64,000 bases of DNA from Candidatus Deferrimicrobiaceae bacterium (GTDB lineage: Bacteria; Desulfobacterota; Deferrimicrobia; Deferrimicrobiales; Deferrimicrobiaceae): NCBI GenBank assembly GCA_963792415.1, contig CAWBVY010000004.1, positions 642,572 through 706,571 on the forward strand, read 5' to 3'. The position numbers and the translations under genes are program-made. The notes beneath the pieces are model-generated. The model had not been told where the DNA came from. It ran no database searches and was given only the letters and a program-made list of their open reading frames with translations. Positions within the stretch are counted from its first letter, which is position 1, and each line of letters starts with the position of its first letter. Shown one piece after another: positions 9,266 through 17,853 of the stretch.

Positions 9266-10530
9266 AGAGGATGCTCCGCCACTATCTTGCCGCGGTCTTC
9301 GCCGCCGCCGCGCTGCTGTCGGCCGGGCTTGCCGCCGGGGCCGACCCGGGCATGGGCGAATGCATGGATTGCCACGAGGACAAGACGATCGAGAAGACGT
9401 TGCCCAACGGACAGGCGGTGTCGCTCTACGTCGACCTGCAGGCGTACCGTTCCTCGGTCCACGGGAAGGGCTCCTGCGTCACCTGCCACGCCGACGCGAA
9501 GGCGCCGCACGAGACGCTGAAGAAGGTCGACTGCGGAAGATGCCACAGCGACGCCGCGAAATCGTACTCCCTGAGCTCCCACGGGAAGGTGCGGGCGAAG
9601 GGCGCCACGGACGTCCCGGGATGCCACGACTGCCACGGGAGGCACGACATCCGCAGGCCGACGGATCCCGAGGCGCGGACCTTCCGCCTCAACATCGTGG
9701 CGACCTGCCTGCGGTGCCACAAGGACCAGGCGATCGAGGTGAAATACAACCTGCCGGGCCAGCTGGTGATGACCGCCTACGAGCAGAGCGTCCACGGGAT
9801 GGCGTCGAAAAAGGCCGGCCTCACCGGCAGCGCCGTCTGCCCCGACTGCCACGGGAACCACACCATCCTTCCGGGCGACGATCCCAAGTCCGCCACCTTC
9901 CGGCAGAACATCCCGACCCTGTGCGGGAAGTGCCACTCCGGCATCCTCGAGAAGTACGAGAAGAGCATCCACGGAAAGGGGATGCGGGCGGGGATCGCCG
10001 AATCGCCGGTGTGCACGGATTGCCACGGAGAGCACACGATCGCGAGGGTCGCCGACGCGTCCTCGTCCGTGAGTTCCCGGAACATCCCCAAGACGTGCTC
10101 GGGCTGCCACGACAAGGAGGGGATCTCCACGCGGTACGCCCTCCCCAAGAAGCGGTTCTCCTCCTACATGGATTCGTTCCACGGGATCGCCGTCGAATAC
10201 GGTATGACGAAGGCCGCCAACTGCTCCTCCTGCCACGGGGTGCACGAAATCCTGCCGTCCTCCGACCCGGCGTCCACGGTCAACAAGGCGAATCTTCCGA
10301 AGACGTGCGGGAAGTGCCACCCCAACGCGGGCCCCAACTTCGCGAAGGGCGACGTCCACGTGGAGGTTTCCCCGAAGAAGGCGATGGGGGTGTTCGCCGT
10401 CCGGGTCTTCTACACGATCTTCATCGGCACACTGGTGATCCTGTTCGTCCTGCACGTCAGCCTCGAGCTGTACGGCCGCTGGAACCGCAGGAAGGAAAAG
10501 CCGCCGGGCGGAAACGGGGGACCGTCATGA
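9262..10530 (+). CDS. 11-heme cytochrome c with C-terminal membrane anchor
   Basis: Signal peptide, 11 CxxCH, C-terminal TM helix with His. ATGA overlap with the upstream gene. Confidence 0.9.
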   Translation: MKRMLRHYLAAVFAAAALLSAGLAAGADPGMGECMDCHEDKTIEKTLPNGQAVSLYVDLQAYRSSVHGKGSCVTCHADAKAPHETLKKVDCGRCHSDAAKSYSLSSHGKVRAKGATDVPGCHDCHGRHDIRRPTDPEARTFRLNIVATCLRCHKDQAIEVKYNLPGQLVMTAYEQSVHGMASKKAGLTGSAVCPDCHGNHTILPGDDPKSATFRQNIPTLCGKCHSGILEKYEKSIHGKGMRAGIAESPVCTDCHGEHTIARVADASSSVSSRNIPKTCSGCHDKEGISTRYALPKKRFSSYMDSFHGIAVEYGMTKAANCSSCHGVHEILPSSDPASTVNKANLPKTCGKCHPNAGPNFAKGDVHVEVSPKKAMGVFAVRVFYTIFIGTLVILFVLHVSLELYGRWNRRKEKPPGGNGGPS

Positions 10531-11222
10531 GCCGCGCCGATCTCGCGGCAGGGAAAGTGATCCGGATGTCGCTTCTCTTCCGCATACAGCACCTCATCCT
10601 GACGGTGCTGCTCACGTTGCTGGCCATCACGGGGTTCGCCCTGATGTACCACGAGAACTCCCTGGCCCGGTGGATCATCGAGATCGAGGGGGGCGTCCAC
10701 AACCGGGGGATCGTGCACCGGGTCGCCGCCGTCCTCCTGATGGCGAACCTCGTGTACCACGCCTTCTACATGCTTCTCTCCCGGGAAGGGAGGCCGGAGC
10801 TGAGCCAGCTCTTCATCGTCAGGAAGGACTTCGACGATTTTCTCCAGTCGCTCCGGTACAACCTCGGGATGTCCAAGGAGTACCCGCGCTTCGGGAAGTA
10901 CGGGTACAAGGAGAAGTTCCAGTACTGGGGCGCATCGATAGGGATCCTCCTGATCTCCGCTACCGGCATCATGCTGTGGGCGGAGGAATTCTCCATGCGC
11001 TTCTTCCCGAAGTTCATCCTCGACCTGGCACTCATCATCCACGGGTACCAGGGGCTCCTGGGGTTCGTTCTCCTGTACCTGTGGCACATCTACAACGTCC
11101 ACCTGCACCCCTCCTCCTTCCCGATGAACCCGTCGTGGATCACCGGGAAGGTGTCCGTGGAGTGGCTGCGCGAGGAACATCCCCTGGAATACGAAAAACT
11201 GAAAGAGGAAGGGCTGTTATGA
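10527..11222 (+). CDS. Cytochrome b subunit (FdnI/HydC-like)
   Basis: MSRADLAAG... with IQHLIL, VHRVAA, GKYGYKEKFQYW, IIHGYQG and LWHIYNVH. ATG 10527 overlaps the previous stop. Confidence 0.88.
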   Translation: MSRADLAAGKVIRMSLLFRIQHLILTVLLTLLAITGFALMYHENSLARWIIEIEGGVHNRGIVHRVAAVLLMANLVYHAFYMLLSREGRPELSQLFIVRKDFDDFLQSLRYNLGMSKEYPRFGKYGYKEKFQYWGASIGILLISATGIMLWAEEFSMRFFPKFILDLALIIHGYQGLLGFVLLYLWHIYNVHLHPSSFPMNPSWITGKVSVEWLREEHPLEYEKLKEEGLL

Positions 11223-12283
11223 GGAAGTACGCGTTCGCGGCGGTCCTGGTCTTTCTCGGGGGGGCGTTCCTCCCCGGCTTCGCGCGGGACGCCTCCGCCT
11301 CGATCGCGCTGGAGAAGTGCACCCTGTGCCACGGAAAGCCCGAGTTCCGCAAGTTGCTGGTGGACGGACAGATCCGGGACCTCTTCGTCACCGGGGACAC
11401 GCTGGCGGGGTCGGTGCACGCGAAGAAGGTGTGCGCGGATTGCCATTTCGACGTGAGCGAGATCCCCCACCGGGAGCGCCCGAAGCGGGTGACCTGCACC
11501 CACTGCCATTTCAAGGGGAACCACGAGGGGGCGCCCCAGTCCGACAACGTCCTCGCGTACTTCGACTCGGCCCACGGCACGGCGATCGCCCGCGGGAACA
11601 CGAAGGCGCCGCTGTGCCAGGATTGCCACGGCAGCCACCAGATCCTGAAAGCGAAGGATCCCGGGTCGAGGGTCGCAAGGGAAAACGTCGCCGAGACGTG
11701 CGGCAAGTGCCACATGGAGATCTACGCCCAGTTCAAGGGGTCGATCCACGGGACGGCGCTCGCGAAGGGGATCGCGGAAGTGCCCTCCTGCACGGGGTGC
11801 CACGGGGAGCACCGGATCTACGCCCACAGCGACCCCAAGTCGACCATCTACGCGACCCACGTGTCGGAGCAGTGCTCGAAGTGCCACGCATCCGTCAAGA
11901 TCATGGGGAAGTTCGGGATCGAGACGGAGCAGGTGGCCACCTACAAGGAGTCGTTCCACGGCGTGGCGAACCAGTTCGGCTCCCGCACGGTGGCGAACTG
12001 CTCCTCCTGCCACGGGGTTCACGATATCCGGCCGCAGGAGGATCCGTCCTCCATGGTGAACCCGAAGAACGTTCCGAAGACGTGCGGGAGGTGCCACCCG
12101 GGCGCCAACCCGAACTTCGCGGTGGGGAAGATCCACGTGGACGCGAAGAACAAGGAGTCGGGGATCATCTACTGGACGGCGGCGTTCTTCAAGTGGCTCA
12201 CCATCGGCACCATGCTCGCCCTTGTCGCGCACATCTTCCTCGACATGTACGGAAGAACGAAGCGCCTGCGCGGTGAGCGGTGA
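11219..12283 (+). CDS. 9-heme cytochrome c with C-terminal membrane anchor
   Basis: ATG 11219 (MRKYAFAAV... signal peptide), 9 CxxCH, C-terminal TM helix. Confidence 0.9.
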   Translation: MRKYAFAAVLVFLGGAFLPGFARDASASIALEKCTLCHGKPEFRKLLVDGQIRDLFVTGDTLAGSVHAKKVCADCHFDVSEIPHRERPKRVTCTHCHFKGNHEGAPQSDNVLAYFDSAHGTAIARGNTKAPLCQDCHGSHQILKAKDPGSRVARENVAETCGKCHMEIYAQFKGSIHGTALAKGIAEVPSCTGCHGEHRIYAHSDPKSTIYATHVSEQCSKCHASVKIMGKFGIETEQVATYKESFHGVANQFGSRTVANCSSCHGVHDIRPQEDPSSMVNPKNVPKTCGRCHPGANPNFAVGKIHVDAKNKESGIIYWTAAFFKWLTIGTMLALVAHIFLDMYGRTKRLRGER

Positions 12284-12333
12284 CCACGCCCGGCGGGACG
12301 GAACGATAAGCGCATATCACGAACGATCGGGGA

Positions 12334-13281
12334 GTGACGAGAATGCCTGAGGACGACCGGAAGGACGCAACCAAAGACGCTGTCGCAAGGGAGATCGACG
12401 CGGCGGTGGACGAGCAGGTTTCGGGGCTGCCCCCGGAACAGGCGGAGGCGCTGCGCGAGAAGATCCGGCTGCGCGTGCGGGACGAGATCGAGCGGGACCT
12501 TCGGGCCCGGACCGTCTCGGAACGGAGGGAGGCGGCCCGCCTCGCGAAAGAGGCGCGGAAGAGGGAGAAGCGCGCGGAGGAGGGGGAGACGTACCTCCGG
12601 TTCAACCGGAACTTCCGCTTCCAGCACATGGTGATGTTCTCCTCGGTCATTCTCCTGATCATCACGGGGATGCCGCTGAAGTTCCCCAACTTCATCCTCT
12701 CGCGCTTCGTCATCAACTTCTGGGGCGGGATCCAGAACTCCACCATCGTCCACCGCATCGGCGCGGTGATGCTGATCTACTTCATGGTCCACCACTTCCT
12801 CTACACGATCCTGACGCGGGACGGCCGGCGCGACTTCATGCTCCTTCTTCCGAAGCCCGGCGACGCGAAGGACATCGTGCACAACATCCGGCACTTCCTC
12901 GGCAAGGTTCCCGACAAGCCGCGCTTCGGGCGGTTCAGCTACATCGAGAAGTTCGACTACTGGGCGGTCTACTGGGGCTGCATCATCATGATCGGGTCGG
13001 GACTGTTCCTCTGGTTCGAGTCGGAAGTCCTGCGGTTCCTCCCGAAGTATTCCCTCGACGTGGCGCACGAGATGCACAGCGACGAGGCGATGCTGGCGAC
13101 CCTCGCGATCGTCATCTGGCACTTCTACAACGTCCACTTCAACCCCGACCGGTTCCCGGGGACGCTGCTCTGGTGGCACGGCCAGATGTCCGAGCATGAG
13201 ATGAAGGAAGAGCACCCCCTCGAACTGGAGGAGATCCTGGCCCGGCGCGCCAAGGAGTCGGCGGAGGTCACCCACCGATGA
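12334..13281 (+). CDS. Cytochrome b subunit (FdnI/HydC-like) with charged N-terminal extension
   Basis: FQHMVM, VHRIGA, RFSYIEKFDYWA, HEMHSDEAMLA and WHFYNVH. Start is GTG 12334 or ATG 12343. Confidence 0.88.
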   Translation: MTRMPEDDRKDATKDAVAREIDAAVDEQVSGLPPEQAEALREKIRLRVRDEIERDLRARTVSERREAARLAKEARKREKRAEEGETYLRFNRNFRFQHMVMFSSVILLIITGMPLKFPNFILSRFVINFWGGIQNSTIVHRIGAVMLIYFMVHHFLYTILTRDGRRDFMLLLPKPGDAKDIVHNIRHFLGKVPDKPRFGRFSYIEKFDYWAVYWGCIIMIGSGLFLWFESEVLRFLPKYSLDVAHEMHSDEAMLATLAIVIWHFYNVHFNPDRFPGTLLWWHGQMSEHEMKEEHPLELEEILARRAKESAEVTHR

Positions 13282-15338
13282 TCGAGAGACTCAAGCGGTG
13301 GTGGAAATCGATGGGGGGGAGCCGCCACCCCGTCGTGCTGGTCCTCGCGATCGTTATCGGGCTCCTGATCGTCTTCAACGGGGCCTTCTTCGTGTCGGCG
13401 TACTTCCCCGGCTCCTGCCGGGCGTGCCACTACATGGACCCCTACGTCGACCAGTGGCAGGCCTCCGCGCACGCGGACGTAACGTGCATCAAGTGCCACC
13501 ACTTCTCGCCCGTCTTCATCACGGTGACCACCCTCAAGTACTGGACGGGGCTCTACAACCCGCGGCCGCGCGCCGACGTGAGAGACGCCGCGTGCCTTGC
13601 GAACGGATGCCACGCGGGGCGGATCGAGAAGGGGAAGGCGAAGCTGGGGAGCATCACCTTCGACCACCAGGACCACATGACGAAGCTGAAGCGCGGCGAG
13701 AAGCTGCGCTGCACGAGCTGCCACTACGCGATCGTCCAGGGGGAGCACATCGTCAAGGGGTCGCACACCCAGGTCGACACCGGCGTCTGCTTCCTGTGCC
13801 ACTTCAAGGGGATCGGCGCGGGGCAGGCCCTGGGCGGCTGCCCCGGGTGCCACGGGACCCCCACGAAGGTCGTGGAGCACAGCGGCTTCATGTTCTCGCA
13901 CGAGTCGTACCTGAAGCTCGGCGTGCCGTGCAGGCAGTGCCACATCCGGGTGTCCGAGGGGGACGGGAATGTCCAGGACGCCCATTGCTACGACTGCCAC
14001 GTCGGGAGGCTCGGGAAGAAGGGCGACGTGCTGGCGATCCACAGGACCCACGTCACCTTCAAGGCGATCCAGTGCTTCAAGTGCCACGAGAGGGTCCGGC
14101 ACGGGCAGGTCGAGCTGGTGAAGACGTTCGAGGTCCAGTGCGACGGCTGCCACAAGCGGCTGCACAACTACCAGAAGGAGATGTACATGGGGGCGGGGGC
14201 GAAGGGGGTCCCCGACACCCCGTCCCGGATGTTCTCGGCGCAGGTGTCGTGCAACGGGTGCCACACCCGTTCCGTCGAGGTGAAGGAGTCCGGCGTGGCG
14301 TACCCCGGCGAAAGCAAGCTCGCGGCGGAGCGGCAAAGCTGCGTCGTGTGCCACGGGAAGCGGTACGACCTGATGCTCGACGACTGGGTCCGCGAATCCC
14401 GGGTCCTGGTGGGCGACCTGGAACGGATCGTGGCGGCCGGGAAGGCGGCTGTCGGGAGCGGGGCGACGACCAACAAGAAGCTTTCCCAGGCGCGGGCGCT
14501 CGTCGCGGACGCGCAGGGGAACCTTGCATTCCTGCGCGCGGGGCGCGGCTCCCACAACATCGAATACGCCCTCAAGATCGTCCGGGTCGGCTTCGAGCAG
14601 GTGACCGCGGCCTTCCGGATGGCGGGTGCGACGGGCGGTCCGCCGAAACCGGCAATCCTCGCCTCTCCTTCGGCGTATTGCGCCACCCTGTGCCACTCCC
14701 GCGTGATGCCGGCGGGCAATGTGTTCTTCCGGGAGATGGAGCTCCAGTTCCCGCACGCCCTGCACGTGAAGGACGTGGGGATCGAGTGCGCGAAGTGCCA
14801 CTCCCCCGAAAAGCACAAGATGCGCATCGTGACGAAGTCCGAGTGCATGAAGTGCCACCACGAGAGCAAGGACATCGACTGCGGGCACTGCCACAAGGCG
14901 CAGCAGGCCCTCTACGAGGGGAAGGTGAAGGCGTACGGCGCGACCCCGGAGCCGGACGTGATGGCGGCCGCGGAAACGAAATGCGTCGAGTGCCACGACC
15001 TGAAGAAGGGGACGCAGACGGTGCTGACCGTCAAGGCGAAGTGCGAGGGGTGCCACGACGCGAAGTACGGAAAGATGCTCCTCGACTGGAAGCAGGCGAT
15101 TTCGAAGCAGGAAGACACGATCGCCGTGGCGCTCGAGGAGGCGAAGGAGTACGTCGCCCGCGCCAAGAAGGCCGGAAGGGACGTCTCGAAGGAGGAGACG
15201 CTCGTCCGGCAGGCGGACGCGAACTACCAGGCGGTCTCCGCCGGCCGCGGCGTCCACAACCAAAAGCTCAGCAGGGAGATGCTCCGGGCGGCGAAGTCCA
15301 ACATCGACAAGGTGCTGGAGGCCAAGCGGAGCAGGTAA
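13278..15338 (+). CDS. Membrane-anchored 16-18-heme cytochrome c (NapC/NrfH-like N-terminus)
   Basis: N-terminal TM helix, 16 CxxCH plus CLANGCH and CATLCH, and two repeated helical domains ending GRG(S/V)HN. Confidence 0.88.
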   Translation: MIERLKRWWKSMGGSRHPVVLVLAIVIGLLIVFNGAFFVSAYFPGSCRACHYMDPYVDQWQASAHADVTCIKCHHFSPVFITVTTLKYWTGLYNPRPRADVRDAACLANGCHAGRIEKGKAKLGSITFDHQDHMTKLKRGEKLRCTSCHYAIVQGEHIVKGSHTQVDTGVCFLCHFKGIGAGQALGGCPGCHGTPTKVVEHSGFMFSHESYLKLGVPCRQCHIRVSEGDGNVQDAHCYDCHVGRLGKKGDVLAIHRTHVTFKAIQCFKCHERVRHGQVELVKTFEVQCDGCHKRLHNYQKEMYMGAGAKGVPDTPSRMFSAQVSCNGCHTRSVEVKESGVAYPGESKLAAERQSCVVCHGKRYDLMLDDWVRESRVLVGDLERIVAAGKAAVGSGATTNKKLSQARALVADAQGNLAFLRAGRGSHNIEYALKIVRVGFEQVTAAFRMAGATGGPPKPAILASPSAYCATLCHSRVMPAGNVFFREMELQFPHALHVKDVGIECAKCHSPEKHKMRIVTKSECMKCHHESKDIDCGHCHKAQQALYEGKVKAYGATPEPDVMAAAETKCVECHDLKKGTQTVLTVKAKCEGCHDAKYGKMLLDWKQAISKQEDTIAVALEEAKEYVARAKKAGRDVSKEETLVRQADANYQAVSAGRGVHNQKLSREMLRAAKSNIDKVLEAKRSR

Positions 15339-15354
15339 CCGGGCCGGGCAATAG

Positions 15355-15390
15355 GAAACGCCCCGTGGGGTTCCCCACGGGGCGTTTCTT
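15355..15390. terminator. Bidirectional intrinsic terminator
   Basis: GAAACGCCCCGTGGGG-TT-CCCCACGGGGCGTTTC hairpin between convergent genes. Confidence 0.8.
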
Positions 15391-15409
15391 CATGGTGTGT
15401 GCGGGCGGG

Positions 15410-15787
15410 TTACTCCTCCACGAACGTTTCGTAGTCCTCGGCGTTCATCAGCCGCTCGAGCTCCTCGGGTTCCTCGATCTCGACCTCGACGATCCACCCC
15501 TTGCCGTACGGGTCGACGTTGATCACGGAGGGGTCGTCCCGGATCGCTTCGTTCACGGCCCGGACCGTCCCCGTGACGGGGGAGGAGAGCTCGACCACGG
15601 TCTTCTGGGATTCCAGCTCGCTGAACGTGTCCCCCGGCTCCAGGAACTTGCCGGCCTCGCACAGCGCCGCGGAAAGAATCTCCCCCAGCTGCTCCTGCCC
15701 GTAGTCGGAAATGCCGATGCGGGCGGTGGGTCCCATCTCGAGGACCCAGATGTGATCTTCGGAGAATTTCAGTCCGGTCTCGTCCAT
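15410..15787 (-). CDS. gcvH: Glycine cleavage H-protein / lipoyl carrier (no gcvT or gcvP nearby)
   Basis: KFSEDHIWV, ARIGISDYGQEQLG, ESQK (lipoyl Lys) and INVDPYGKGWI. ATG 15787. Confidence 0.88.
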   Translation of the reverse strand: MDETGLKFSEDHIWVLEMGPTARIGISDYGQEQLGEILSAALCEAGKFLEPGDTFSELESQKTVVELSSPVTGTVRAVNEAIRDDPSVINVDPYGKGWIVEVEIEEPEELERLMNAEDYETFVEE

Positions 15788-15849
15788 AGAGTGCAGTGTA
15801 CTTCGGCGCGGGAGGAAATTGTCAATAGAAGGCGTGAAAAGTTTCCGGA

Positions 15850-17676
15850 TTATTTCCCGAGGACCGCCAGCGCCGTCTCGACGTGCCCCATCGGGGCGCT
15901 CACCTGGAAGCCGTTCACGCGGTCCGAGATCCTCTCGACGATCCCGCGGGCGATCTCGATCCCCGCCTTCCGGCCGTCCTCCCGGGTCCTGCACCGGGAC
16001 ATCCGCTCGAGGATCGCCTTCGGCACGACCACGCCGGGGACCTCGTTGTTCATGAACTCGGCGTTCTTGAAGCTGATGAGCGGCCACACCCCCGCGAGCA
16101 CGGGGATCTTCCGCCGGTAGGTCTCGACGCGGTCCAGGAACCGCAGCAGCGCCTCGGGATCGAACACCGGCTGGGTGATGGCGAATTCCGCCCCCGCGTC
16201 GATCTTCCGGTAGTACCGCTCGATCTCGCGCTCCAGGTCCACCGCGCACGGGTTGGCGCCCACGCCGATGAAGAGGCCCGTGGGCGGATCGATCGGGTTC
16301 CCCCCGATGTCCAGCCCGCGGTTCAGGTTGGCCGCCACCTGCACCAGCCCGATCGCGTCGACGTCGAAGACGCCGGTCACGTCGGGGTACTCCCCGAGCT
16401 TCGGCGGGTCCCCGGTGATGATGAGGAAGTTGGCCAGCTTCGCGGCGTACCCCCCCAGCAGGTCGGACTGCATCCCGATCAGGTTCCGGTCGCGGCAGCA
16501 GTAGTGGAGGATCGGCTCGATCCCGACCTGCTGCAGGATGGTGAGGGCGGAGATCATCGGGGAGACCCGGGCGCTCGCCCGGGGGCCGTCGGGGATGTTG
16601 ATCGCGTCAACGCCGGCCTCCGCGCACTTCCGCGCCCTGTCGAGCAGCGCGGTCATGTCGCTCGATTTCGGCGGGACGAGCTCCACCGACGTCACCTTCT
16701 CCCCCGCGCACATCTTCGCCGCGAGGCGGGACTTCCGCTCGGTCGGCACCGCGTAGACCAGCGACTCCTGCCGGAGGAGCGGTTTCACTTCCACGCGCCG
16801 CTTCCCGACGCGCAGCGGCTTGACAGCCCGCGCCGCCATCCGTATGTGCGCGGGCGTCGTCCCGCAGCACCCCCCCACGCCCCGGACCCCCAGTTCGATG
16901 TACTTCTTGGCGTACTCGGTGAAGTATTCAGGGCTCGTCAGGTAGATCACCCGCCCGCTGATCTCCCGGGGCATCCCCGCGTTCGGCATGACGACCACCG
17001 GTTTCCCGGTGTGGGGGAGGACCGCCTGTAGCGCGTCGAAGGCGCCGGAAGGGCCCGTGCCGCAGTTGATCCCGACGATGTCGACGTTGGCGTCGGCGGA
17101 AAGCGCCGCCGCCATCGTCTCCGCCCGCATCCCCAGCGCGGTCTCCCCCCGGTCGTTGAGGACGAAGGAGGCGAGAACCGGTTTGCCGAACTCCTTCCCC
17201 ACCCGCGCGGCGAGCTGGAGTTCGTTCAGGTTGGAGAAGGTCTCGAGGAGGAAAAGGTCCACCCCCTCCGCCGCGAGGGCCTCCATCTGGGTCCGGAACG
17301 CCGCCTCGACCTCGGGGGCGAAGGCGTCGGGCATCCGCTGCCGGGACTCGGTGCACGGGCCGACCGAGCCCGCGACGAAGACCTCGTCCCCCGCCGCCTC
17401 CCGCGCCAGCCGGACGCCGGCGCGGTTGATCGCCTCCGTCTTCTCCGCGAGGCCGTACGGCTTGAGCCGGATGGGGTTGGCGCCGAAGGTGTTCGTCTCG
17501 ATCACCTCGGCCCCGGCCTCCACGTAGTCGCGGTGGATCTGGAGGACGAGTTTCGCGTTCGTGAGGCACAGCTCGTCGTAGCAGGTGTTGATGAACACCC
17601 CGCGGTCGTAGATCACCGTTCCCACGGCGCCGTCGAAGATGAGCGGCGCCTTCTTCATGCGCGCGAGGAGGTCCAG
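15850..17676 (-). CDS. Bifunctional homocysteine S-methyltransferase / methylenetetrahydrofolate reductase (YitJ-like)
   Basis: IFDGAVGT, ETNTFGAN and GGCCGTTP, then an MTHFR domain (HYCCRDRN, ITGDPP, AITQPVFD). Start uncertain: CTG 17676 after GGAG, or ATG 17658. Confidence 0.9.
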   Translation of the reverse strand: MDLLARMKKAPLIFDGAVGTVIYDRGVFINTCYDELCLTNAKLVLQIHRDYVEAGAEVIETNTFGANPIRLKPYGLAEKTEAINRAGVRLAREAAGDEVFVAGSVGPCTESRQRMPDAFAPEVEAAFRTQMEALAAEGVDLFLLETFSNLNELQLAARVGKEFGKPVLASFVLNDRGETALGMRAETMAAALSADANVDIVGINCGTGPSGAFDALQAVLPHTGKPVVVMPNAGMPREISGRVIYLTSPEYFTEYAKKYIELGVRGVGGCCGTTPAHIRMAARAVKPLRVGKRRVEVKPLLRQESLVYAVPTERKSRLAAKMCAGEKVTSVELVPPKSSDMTALLDRARKCAEAGVDAINIPDGPRASARVSPMISALTILQQVGIEPILHYCCRDRNLIGMQSDLLGGYAAKLANFLIITGDPPKLGEYPDVTGVFDVDAIGLVQVAANLNRGLDIGGNPIDPPTGLFIGVGANPCAVDLEREIERYYRKIDAGAEFAITQPVFDPEALLRFLDRVETYRRKIPVLAGVWPLISFKNAEFMNNEVPGVVVPKAILERMSRCRTREDGRKAGIEIARGIVERISDRVNGFQVSAPMGHVETALAVLGK

Positions 17677-17678
17677 GG

Positions 17679-17840
17679 CTACTCCAGTTCGTCGAACGAG
17701 GATTTCGGGGCGTAGCACATCGGGCAGATCCACCCCGGGGGCAGGTCGTCGAACGCCGTCCCCGGCGGAATCCCGTTCATCGGATCCCCGGCCGCCGGAT
17801 CGTAGACGTAGCCGCAGTTCGTGCAGATGTATTTTTTGAT
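17679..17840 (-). CDS. Rubredoxin (53 aa; ATC at the start position)
   Basis: Manual translation: (I/M)[59 protein letters not shown] lies 6 nt upstream of ATC. Missed by the ORF track. Confidence 0.9.
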   Translation of the reverse strand: MKKYICTNCGYVYDPAAGDPMNGIPPGTAFDDLPPGWICPMCYAPKSSFDELE

Positions 17841-17853
17841 GGCCCGCCTCCTT

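Noticed and set aside
17720-17745. Frameshift in the rubredoxin at the C/G run
   Set aside because: Recounting shows CTG CCC CCG GGG TGG is in frame, so the gene is intact.
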